A stretch of 48,755 bases of DNA, filler included, from Bipalium vagum (Eukaryota), in the NCBI GenBank assembly GCA_037834085.1. It is 2 parts of 2 records of this genome, joined end to end, with 100 filler letters (N's around TTAATTAATTAA, not from the genome) between each part and the next. Parts side by side here need not be neighbours in the genome. Positions count along the whole stretch, not along the records: positions 1 to 26,928 come from JBBMKC010116588.1; 1 more part is not named here. One strand, 5' to 3'. Positions 10,518 to 22,400 of this stretch are shown in pieces. The translations under genes and the position numbers were made by a program. The notes below the pieces were generated by a model. It was given only the letters and a program-made list of their open reading frames with translations, searched no databases and was not told the DNA's origin. Each line of letters starts with the position of its first letter. Position 1 is the first letter of the stretch.

Positions 10518-13069
10518 TTATCAGAAGAATAGAGGTCGTAAAGATTCATCTTCTATCTTCTTGTTGATATCAAATATAAATCAATATAATTAATAAATGA
10601 AGAAATTTATTCATTATTAATTATGTGTTAATTAAACAATATTCATTGTCAAGATCTCAAGGATATTTTGATATTCTAAAATTTTTAAACAAAATTATTG
10701 GAAAATGCCATATGATTTTTTATGTTGGCAGGTAATAGAAGAGGATATAAATGTATAGTGGGGTGAGTACTGGTTTATTGTTGATAATGGTGTTGTTAAT
10801 GACTTACGGTATGTATAAAAATGTTTAATGGGGATGCATAATCGAATAAAACAAGATTAGGAGGAAAAGAAAACGGATCATTAAACAATCATAAGTATTG
10901 GGACTGATAAGGGAAACTAGAGGGATATTAACAATTCCATAATATTTTTTGATAATTATCAATGTGATTTTAGGGTTGGTGAAGATATAGTCTTAACCAA
11001 GTTGTTATCGAAAGAGTTGGAAAAAATAAACCGGGCTTTCTTTCATAATATTGATTGATTCTACTTTATTATGTTGGTCTCATTTAAATCTTAAGGTTTA
11101 GTCTAAATAGATCAATCTGATTTTAAAGGGTGTTCAGAAAATTTCCTTCGATTCTCTTTCAAAGTCAGCCATTAGCTAAGCCACAAATTCTGGGTATTTT
11201 ACAACTATAATTGTTTCGAGTATTATATGTATATAATTTCCGGTCAACAGTAGTTCACATTTTATCTTGTCATCATTCAAAGTTTGGATTTTTTTCAATT
11301 GACTTATCATTGTCATTTGTCTTTTCTTCAATTTTATTTGTCTTTTTAGTTCAAGGTATGTTTAATATTGAAACAAAAATAAAGCTACGCAATAAAATCA
11401 AGGGTTAAGTAAGTTACACAAAAGAATTAACCAATGATTCGAAGACTGATTCAAATAATAAAGGAAATAATATAATAATATTTCCATTAAGGTCACCTTT
11501 TTTCTATGCATGTTCACTGGCTTGTACCTTTATTTCATTATCATGTGTCTTAGTCCATGATACAAACTCCTAATTATTTACTCGCGTCAATTTTCTTTTC
11601 AAGTGTTCTCTTTCTATCCGTAATCGTTGTATTTTGTCTTCTGATTCCGTGATTCAATCTCATTTATCATGACGTTTTCATATGACAATCTTTGGACGAA
11701 TTTTCAATGAAGTTTTTCTCTTAGATAAGACATCACCATATGCATTTGTCATTTATATTTAAAACCTTGAATTTTACTGTCCATATTTATTTTATCTTAC
11801 CGTGGTGTAATTTTAGCTCCAGAATTTTGTCCAAAATGATGTTTTATATTACAATTAAAATATATTTTAATCTAACATTTCCTTGAAAATGAACTGTTTT
11901 ATTTGAGTTTCAAAATAACACATATCATGCTTAATCCTGATCTTAATTCCTTAATGACTGGAACCTCTTTTATTGCTCTGGAGTATCTAGCCACATGCAG
12001 ATCTTTTAACAATTAACAAATTTTTAATTAACCGGTCACCATCCCAATTTTTTCCACCTATAGAATAAATGCTTGCTCTTCTAACAGTTAACCTTAACCT
12101 TTTTCTTCTTTAGGATAATCCTGAATACGTCCTTAATAACTGCACGATACTTTCTAAAAACTGTTCTTTAATATTTTTTGAGTCTCTTTCAATTGATCAT
12201 TCTTTTCAAAAGAGCTCTGACAAAGTTCTATCTGACAGGGGTAATCTTTTTTTGTAGTCAATATAAAAAATCTTTCAATTCACTCCATAAATTTTTCAAA
12301 ATCGATTTAAAATGTTAAGTAAATCAATGATTTAAATAAGACAAATTTATAAAACTCGATTTTTATAACTCAAAACTGGAATGAAGATTCTGACATTTGT
12401 CTAGTTTTAATTAAAATTGGTAAAAAATGTTTCAGATCTAAGTGTAATAAGGGCCTAACAACACATTTCAATAATAAAAGGTATACAACGAATAAATTCT
12501 TGTAATTTAATTTCTCGAAACTTAGAAAAGAAAGAACATACTTGATAGTTTTCGTGATAATATATACATATAATTCAAAAGACCATATTGAAAGAAATAT
12601 TTATATGGAAAAAAGGGATTTGATATAAAGATGAAAAATAAGAGTGACCATAAAATTATATTTTTATTATTATAATCATTTTCTAAAATTTTAACCAATT
12701 TAATATCATATATCGTATTAAGCAATATTAAAAAGTTAAAAAAATCTAAATTCAAGTCATACTAGGCGATTAAGCGTGTTAAACGATATCGTATAACAGA
12801 TATTTTTTTAGGTTAAATGTACCTATAAGAAAACGGGTCCAGTTATTAATATCATAATATCCGTATTATCGTACTAAGCGATATCGTATTAAGCAAAGGA
12901 ACTAACAAAATGAGATATTCTAACACTAATAAATGAGGTTAAAATACTCAAAAATAACATCATTTTTATAACTGAAAACTTTAATAAATATTTATAGAAT
13001 GTTTCACAAGAAGACTGTTTGTACTAATATTATGAAATTATGAAAAAATCAGCACAGAAGTAATTGAAT

Positions 13070-13340
13070 CTCAAGGGATTATTTTGGTAGCATTAAAATG
13101 GTTAGTTGGTTTCTTCAGAAAGGGGCTATTTGAAAAAAATATTCATTGAGGCGAGCGGAGTATTAGATATATCAGTACGACATATGGATGGAAATTATTT
13201 GTAATACAAGAAACAGATATAAATGTTTCAACTGATAATCCATACAATAATACATATTTACACAAAGTAAAGGTTTTTTTCATCAAGATCTTTATATGTC
13301 CAACAATAATATGATATACATATTATATATGTAAGTGTGG
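13070..13340 (+). mobile_element. Possible piggyBac-like transposase relic
   Basis: Weak fragments KIFIEASGVLDISV and HQDLYMSN resemble piggyBac GxKxF..SGY..F.VY and H.LYMDN segments; badly broken. Confidence 0.25.
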
Positions 13341-14201
13341 CTCAAATAGTAAAATATAATAGTATATTTAATGTTACCAACTCCATTGATGATAAACCCT
13401 TTTGTCATTTTTATTATTATTATATTACCTATTTTTAAGAAAATTTGAAGATTGTCGGTAGCTTGTTAAGGTTTTTTACTTCAATTGAGAAAGTTATAGC
13501 AAAATAGTCTGCAGAATAAAGTCTGACCCAATATATATTTCTGATTAGATTATCGTTGGTGCGAAAAATATCTTTTTGTAAAATATTACTTATATTACAG
13601 TTATTTTTACGATTTTAAAGCACTTAAGTTCAAAAATTGGAACATTTTATATTTTGTCAAAAATTATTTTTCTTCAATAAAATTATTTTAAAAAATCTTT
13701 AAGGGACAAGGTGAACTCTTCAACATTTACATCCATTTTATTCTAAAAAAACTCAAGACCGAAAAATATTAATAAATTAGTATTGATAAATTAAACATCA
13801 AAAACAATTAAATGCTATTTGTATATATTATAATTTCTAACTAATTAATTAAAACAAAATTTTTATGTCAAAAATGACTAACATATTTCTGTGTAATAAT
13901 AATATAAATTAAAACTAATATTCATTAATAATAATAATAAGAGAACAAATAAAAATTATTTTCTTTCTTTTGCTGGATTTGAAGTTTGATAATTACCATA
14001 TAGGACAATAAAATATTTTTTGTTAGAAACTCTAATAATGGCCAATAGAATTTGATCTCAGTTTGGCAGTCACCATCAGATTATTTGACAGTATATTTAA
14101 CGACCAAGGTAGTTCAGTGAGATTGTTCCGATATTTATTCTTTATTTCTTTGAGTGTAAAATATAGATTCGATTTTAACATTAATTATAATTATTTATAT
14201 T

Positions 14202-14734
14202 AAGCCGAATTTGCACCACAAAAAGATAATGGTGATTGTTTGGTAGTCTATGACTGGCTTAATTCATCACAGTTTTCTAAATCCGAGAGAAACTATTACC
14301 GCCTAGATGAACTGTGGTCTGATCCAAGAAATGCATCCACTGGAACGCATCTGCCCGGCATTGAACAACAGAAAGGATGTAATTATGTTGCACGACAATG
14401 CACGCCCACACGTCGCCCAAATAACGCTACAGCAACTGAACGAGTTAAGCTACAGATTTTTTTCATCCACCATACTCACCAGACCTCTCGCCAACAGATT
14501 ATCATTTATCGGTGCTTCAAATACCAAGCTCAGGCCGTAAAGGCTTTTGATGAATTTCTCGCCTCCAGAAGTAAAGATTTTTATTCTACAGGTATCAATA
14601 AACTTGTTACTCGTTGGCAGAAATGTATCGATGAATCTGGTTTTTATTTTGATTAATAAAGTTTATTTAAGCCGAGTTATAATGATTTTAATTTTATAGT
14701 TCAAAAACAACAAAAAATTTTTGTATCAACCTAA
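14202..14734 (+). mobile_element. mariner, cecropia subfamily (Hsmar1-like), 3' half, frameshifted
   Basis: KPNLHHKKIMVIVW, MLHDNARPHVAQITLQQLNEL, HPPYSPDLSPTDYH and AFDEFLASRSKDFYSTGINKLVTRWQKCIDESGFYFD* in shifting frames. Right TIR ...TTTTGTATCAACCTAA followed by TA. Confidence 0.92.
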
Positions 14735-16089
14735 TATTTTAATTTTATATTTTTAGTAACAGTCAGAAGAGTAATGATTTGAGATATTTTTATTGGGATG
14801 TTTGAAAGATTATTCAGACATTACAGTTGTTGCATCATTGTGTTTCGATCAAATGAAAGTTTGGACTTAGGTGTCATTTGTTTGAGTAAGTAATTTACAA
14901 ACACAAGTATAAGATTTTCGATTCAAATCTTTTGTTGAGCTTGTTTAATAAAAAATATTTTAAAAAGAATTAAATATACATTTTCAAATTAATAATTAAT
15001 CAAAGAATACATTGACATTTCATTGATTTAATTTTAAATTAAAATAATTTCAAGAATTTTCTGCTAGTTTGTGAATAATGTGTCTCAGATAAGGAGGATA
15101 TATATAGGAATGTACCTAAACAATCAGATAAATAATTAAGAGCTCAACTTAAACGACCACTTTATAATTGCATTAAATTAATTGAGAAATCTCTGATAAA
15201 AATGGAAAGACGATTGAATTTCTTTCAAAATTCATTATAGAAAAAGTCTACAGTTCTCATTCAATAGATGCTTGTTTAGTTGTAAAATTTCATTGTAAAA
15301 TTTAATTTACTAAGGATAAATAACCAGTGAACCCATTTTTAATCAATATAACGAATCAGACAAAAATTATTTATTATTATATAGAAAAACATTTAAATAA
15401 TCAAGAGGACACCAGATTTTGTTTATAATGGAAAAATTATAATTATCAGTATGCTTTCGAGAAATCACATTAGTTCACTTGAAACTGGAATTGTCATCCT
15501 ATCAATTTGGTTTGCTAAATTTAATATAAGTTATTAAAAATAAAATATAAAACAATATATAATCGATTTATTGATTTGAGAGTTGGATTATACTTGGTTA
15601 AGAAAATGGTTTGTTATATTTTCCTTATCGTCAAATAATAACATTTTTCCTGCTCATTGTCCTTCACATCGAAATTTTCCGTTTTGAATCGTTAAAACTG
15701 TTCATCGCAATTTTGTCAGCTTAAGCACAATTTATATGTCTAGGTGGCATTTTTCAAATTGAACACAAAAAGTCAATCTTCTTAAAATAGAGTTTTCCGG
15801 TCAAAAATTACATCTAATATAAAATGCTGTTACATTTTGAACTGTAAAAATAAGTAGCAGATAGTGCGAAACAGTATTTCAAATCAAAACATAAATTTCA
15901 AAAATTTCTTTATTCAAAGGTTAAATACATAATTAAACATATTGGTTCACCTAAAGAATAACATTTTTATTTGAAGAATGATGAGTTAATATTTTATTAC
16001 TGTCAATTAAGCGATTCATTAATTGATTTTATCAAATGATTTGACTGTCTTAGCTGTTCGAATTATAAAGGTATGCAAGTAATAATGTA

Positions 16090-16331
16090 TTTGCCTTTCG
16101 TCAACTGATTTCCATTTCTTTAAACCTTTGGATCACTTCTTAAGAAATAGATGTTTCAGAAACCAAGAAGACACCAAAAATGCCTTCAATGATTTCAACG
16201 CTTCCAGAACTCCGGAATTTTATCTTAGTGGTTTAAAAATTGTGTCTCGTCGAATGAAATGTATTCAATTGAAATACTTACATTACAAGTTTAGGGTCCA
16301 AACCCAAGATTCATTTTTAAACAACCTGATA
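16090..16331 (+). mobile_element. mariner (cecropia-like) C-terminal fragment
   Basis: STDFHFFKPLDHFLRNRCFRNQEDTKNAFNDFNASRTPEFY..IVSRRMKCI matches the mariner C-terminus; degenerate right end ...AACAACCTGATA. Confidence 0.82.
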
Positions 16332-16446
16332 TAATATTTAATATATATATTTGATAAATATTAAAATGATGATTTCATATTAAGGCATGATGTTTTTGAC
16401 TCATCTGGTCACCCTTATTAAATATTTCCATATATAAAGGCTGAAT

Positions 16447-19400
16447 TTAAATAAAAGATTTACTGTAAGAAATTGATATATTATTCATTTTTTGATAGTC
16501 CTTTTCTTCTATCTCCTTTCTTATTGGCCCAGGAGAAAGAAATATAGAATTAGAGAACTCTGTAACCAAATCATGATTAAATCGGTTCTGTAAGCGCAGA
16601 GCAAGTTTTATTTTGTAGTGACTGTTCATATTCAGAGAGATGAGACTGCTTGATTCAGAAGTATCAAGCTCATTTCCAGAAAAAGAATCGTTGACTACGA
16701 GCTGAAATAAAATGTATTTAAATTTTTGAATGTTTATAAAAAATAAAAAAGAAATAATAATATGTACAGCTTTATTTTAAAATAAATTTCTATTCTTACT
16801 AAATTATTATAAGAAATCTGTTTTAGGTGATGGATGTTTTATTTACCTTGAATATCACGGTTTTAACATTCTTCTGTGACTAGAACGTACTAGTACATCA
16901 GTAAAGCTGGTACCTTCATTTCCCGTTGTTGCAATCAGGACTGTTTTCACTCCGCCTTTTGATACGGTCCTGATTGCAGGAATGTCAAAGACATTGACAT
17001 TTCAATCATATTAATTATCTCTTTATTCTGGATTGAAGTGCTCTTGCTCCGTGTTAAAAAACTTAACGATGTCTGTTTTCTTTTTTCCCAAGAATCAGAC
17101 AGTTTTTCAGAATGGATAGGTCATTTCTTCAGATGATTTTGTAAACCCAGTTGACAGAATTTAGAAAAACTTTAATTCTATTTTATTTGCAAAAGCAAAT
17201 GTCTTTTTTCTGATGTCAATCGTAGAAACCGAAAAAGATTTAGATATCTGATCTACTATCTATTTCTCCACATCAGACCAACATTCTGCTCTGCCAGGTG
17301 TAACCCTCTGATTTTGATTGACCTCGTATTGGCCTCATTTTGACACCATTCTTTAATTGATCACTCATCACAGCCATACATCTTACCGACTTTGCGATTC
17401 GAATGTGTTTTGGCATATTCAATAGCCTTCAGTTTTGTTGAAGTTGTATAAGATTTTCTCTTATTCCTTGTTTTCTTGATTTCCATTTTCTGAAATACTA
17501 AAATTTAAATAATATAGAGTGTATAAAGAAATTTCATTTTTCTGCTATATTACATTAACAGGTATTTATATAATAACCCAAAATTGTGGGTTATATGCCT
17601 GTAATGTTACAATTACTAAAAAATTGCGACCTACATACGGATGTTGGTTAAACACCTGAAAATATGGTACTAATAAAAAATATTACTCGAAATGATTTGA
17701 TGATCCATTGAAAAGATAAATCGATATCGGTCCATTCAACTTTAATTTTTTTGCCAATTACACCACTAAAACTCAATAGGGGTGATCTAGGTGGACCAGG
17801 AATATACACATTTATTTTTTGGGTCTTTGGTTTGGAATATTTAGTGCACCACGTGTCTACCTGAAACGTGTAGTAATGACTATTTTTTGCATAATGTTTT
17901 AAAAATAAAATAAAATTAACTTTTCCTTTAAATTGGTAAATTTTGTCCTTCTAGAATTTTTATCCAGCTCCTTTTTTATAACATTATTTTCTTCAATACA
18001 GTAAATGTCGAACTGATTCACTGAATTTTCATTCGGACAATTATCTGTTTCCCAATTTAAATCCACTTCATATTTATCGAAGTTTTGTGTAAGGTTTGAG
18101 ATAAGCGTCCGAATACATGAAGGTATATTAAAAATCGTTACTATTAATTCTTCAGAAAAGAATTCATCTAGGCCAACACTCTTTGAAATATCCACAGATT
18201 CTTCCGAAAATAGTGAAATGTTATTTATTTTTGGAATATAAGCAGGACTGAAAATATAAGTAATATTTCAACGATTCATTTTTATATAACATTTATATAA
18301 CAAGTATTATGTTTGTCAACTTGTTAAAGAAAGACATGCAGAATATTCTTTTCTTAAACATGAAAACGGAAATATTTGCAACTGAATGATTTGTGGTGTT
18401 TCTCAAAGAACGACTTTACAGAGAAGAACAAGAAGTATTGAATAATTATGAATAAGTATTTTGCTATCGTCTTCACCTTTTTTATTAGCAACTTTATTTC
18501 TATTTTCAAAGTTTAGATTTTAATCAAATGATTAGACTATAGCAGTATATAAATGGATATTCACGCCCCTCACCCAAAAAATGTTTGAAAAAAGTCTTTT
18601 ATTTTTAATTTTTTTTATTTCCTTGAAAAAATGACTCAAGATACATTTTTCAGGAGGTTCGGAGCGTGACTATCCATTTATATACTATAATAATAATAAT
18701 AATAATTTTATTTTTTATAATTTTTATATTTTTATAAAAAAATAAAGTGAAGAAAAAATTACAAAAATATAAAAGTTAAAAAAGTGAATTTTTTTCTTAC
18801 AAAAAAGAAATCAAAAACTCACTAAAAAAATAAGTAAAAAAATAAGTAAAAAATGACTAAAAATATTATTCTGAGCTTTGTGAAAAAGATATTTTTAAAA
18901 AATAAGTCATCATGAAGATAAAAAAATATATGAAAAAATTATTCAACGAAAACAACGAACAAATCAATAATTATTAAAAACGTTTTCTTTCCTGAAAGAC
19001 TGGTTTATCTTTCTACTACATAAAAATCTTTTTTTAATATATTATATTTTTTAAAAATATTTAAAATATTTTTTATATTTGTTCATATTTTTCAAATTTT
19101 TTATAAAAAAATAAAAAGAAGAAAAATTAACAAAAAAGTTATATTGTTTCTTAAAAAATACTATGTTAATTGATTAAAAGTACAAGTTATTCTCCACACA
19201 AACAAGTTTGTTCTAATGGAACTATAAGCCTTTGATAATTTTGCGAACCAGAATTATTTTGAATTTGATCTTTTAAAGTATATTCCTCACGAATGCTTTT
19301 GCTCACGAATGAAATGATGACGAAAAATTTTTAATTAAGAAAGATAAAAGAAAATTAAAACTTTTCTTAATTTAATACAGTGATAATTCGATAATTGCAA

Positions 19401-22400
19401 CATTTCAAAATTAAAATGTACGTTTAATTTCAATCTTAATTTAATTTCATGTATTTTATGATAAAGTAAGGTTTAAGTGAAATATGTCTTCTTAAATTGG
19501 TTTGAGAAAATTCTTTATTTTGTTCTTTTTTAAAAAGGATATATTTAAATTGCAATTTAAATAAGAGGCAAGTACTCACTTTATTAATGAAGATATCTTG
19601 ATATGATTTTTTCCACCTTTACATTTCTTTAATTTCAGGGATACAGTATTAGGTTTCACTGCTGAAATCAATTTATTGTTTACAAAAACTCTAAAACCTT
19701 CCAAGCGATGACGAACAAATTTCATTGGACCTTTGACAGTTTTATCATTATCATAAATGTTAGTGTACATTTTTGGCTTTTGCCAATTGATATATATTGT
19801 ATTTCCGATAATTTTTGAACAAGCAACGTGTTGTGGAGGTGATGGATCAATTTGAGTTCTGGCAAATAACGGGTCTTCACAAGGATAGTAAGTTATCTGA
19901 CGATTGTTATCATCGTCTTGCAGAGTTTCTCTAAATTTGTCAAAAACCAATGTTGTTTTAATGCTAACTACAGCTTCAACGTCTATACGAAATAAAGTTG
20001 CTGGTATTAAGTTCGAAATAACTTTGTGGTTGCAAAATTTATCCACCTCAATGGAAGAACAGAAAATTTCTTTTTTCTCATCGTTTTCAGTTAATACTAA
20101 TTTCGAAATTCTTATTACTTGAGACAAGAGTTGATTTGTACCAAATACTTTTGGTAAAGCCCATTTAATCTCAATCTTATCCAAATAGGTATTTTCAGCC
20201 TTAAAAAAATGAAAAAAATAATATCAATTTAAAGGTATTCAGAATATTCTTGTATTAAAAAATTGTCTTTGTCAGAATATTTTTAAAAAATAAATATTAC
20301 AAGTAAATTAATTTGATTATTAAACATTTATTATTATCAGGGTTTTGTTGGGTTTACCCAAGACATTACCAGAGTACGGTTAATAATGAAGCCGCTAGAA
20401 AGATTCCGATTAATAATTAATTAACTTACAAATTAACCAAAAATAAGTAGAGGTTTTTATGATAATTTATTTTTTGGAAAAGAATTTTCAAAGATAATAA
20501 GGGTTATAATAATAAGTAAGGAAATTTAAAGGGTTATAAAAACAATTTTAAGAATTACCAATTCAAGCATTATTACAATTCTAAATTGAATGGTCTAATA
20601 GAATCGTAGCACGTTTAAATCCAAGATATTAGAAAAGTTTCAAATTTAAAGAAAATTAAACTTTTTAAAGATAAATTAATAGTTGTATTCTATATTTTAA
20701 GGAATCTTGTATGTTATTTTGTAATTTCTTGTAGAAAACTAGAATTGACATAAAATGAAATGGCGAATGAAATTAAATGGAAAATGAAAAAAATATATAA
20801 AACATTAACCACAAATTTAAATAATCAGTATAGTAATAATTATTATTTTACAAAAAATAATGTATTAAAATAAAGAAAAAATACTTTTTTAAAATAACAG
20901 TCTTTACAATAAAAAAATACAAAATCGGATATCATACTCTTTGTGATAGTCAAAAGTTTAACAAACTTGTCTAGCACAAAAAAATAGTGAACAATAATTT
21001 TTATAGGTTTGGTTTCTCAGAAACTATTCAAAATAAATAAGTCTTTTTGGTCTCACTGCGTAATAAGTATTGTTTTTAGGATAAAGATCCGGTTTTGTCT
21101 ACTAGGTTCTCTGTTGGTATATTTTCTATGCTTTTTGAAGTAAAATTACTATTTTTATAACTAATTACAATGGGTGAAAAGAAGATAGATGTTGTTGCAG
21201 CATAAAGTTATGATGGAAAGATAAAGGTCTCTAATGTCAACAAATTAATATTTTTTTAATCTACGAGAATTTTTAAACTGGAGGATTGTCGATTGCTTCA
21301 TTAGCATATTTTTGAGTTTTGTTAAAGAATTTTCTTGCAGCAATTGATTAAAGCAGTCTTCACCCAAGCCAGATTTTCCTTCAACACGTGACGCATCATG
21401 CAATCTAAAATTTTCTCCCTGAATCAAGAAAAAAATCTTGTGCTGTTCTTTCAAAAATACCAGTTTTTCCAGGAACAAAAAATATTTTTTGCTGGTCCTG
21501 TGATTTTTATATCTTTTATTAAAATCGATCAATAAAATAAAAGGGAAACATTTATTCTTTAAAAAGCCCCACCTTATTCTCATAAGATGAATTAAAATTA
21601 TTTTAAACAATAAATTTTGAAACTTGTCCATTGATTGATTTCTTTGTATAAAAATTGTATACTGTTTATTTATTGAATATTTAGTGAAATTAAAAAATAT
21701 ATTTATTAGTAAATTATTATTATTTATTAATGAGATTAATACAAAACAATTATAATTTTATTTAATAATTGTCTTTCGAAATATATCATTAAAAAAATTT
21801 TATATTTATTTTCATTTATATTTTATGTTATGGAGATATATGAATTTGACCTTTTAGGAAAAACTGATAATTGGTAACAGTGAATGATGAAACTCTGAAA
21901 GAAATCTTTTTTACAATTGGCATTTTTTCTTTAAAATAAATAATTCTCAAAATTTTTGAGATACCATAAAGTCCAGTTACCAAAAATATACAATGAAACA
22001 TGGAAGGTGCAACTATTTATTTTATAATAAAAAAATACAACTTACCTAATTTCATCATATTTTGATCCGTTCTAATCAGTACTTTATATTTTTTAATTTA
22101 AAAGAAAATAATCTTAAAATGACGAACATCTTACAATTAACATTTTCACTTACAAGTATATCAGTTGGAGGTATGGTACCAGATGTCCTTTCAAAAATGG
22201 TAGTTGAAGCAATCCAAGAATTCTCATCTCTCAGATGACCATCTTCACCAAATGATAAGTTATGTTTAGAATCATTCTTTAGGGGACCAGGCAAAGAAAG
22301 AAAATATTCTTCTGCGATAATCACTAATCTCAACTCATATTCAATATTTTCCAACAGATTGTTAATTATAATATTTTTCGCAAAAGAATTTAACCGAATG

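Noticed and set aside
11540-12260. Possible non-LTR retrotransposon relic on the minus strand
   Set aside because: Only one vague peptide resemblance (KNWDGDRLI); no RT core motif recoverable.
17656-17686. 31-nt micro-intron followed by a small exon in the FN3 gene
   Set aside because: The acceptor lies in the pogo TIR and leads to a stop; splicing to 16701 completes an FN3 repeat in phase.
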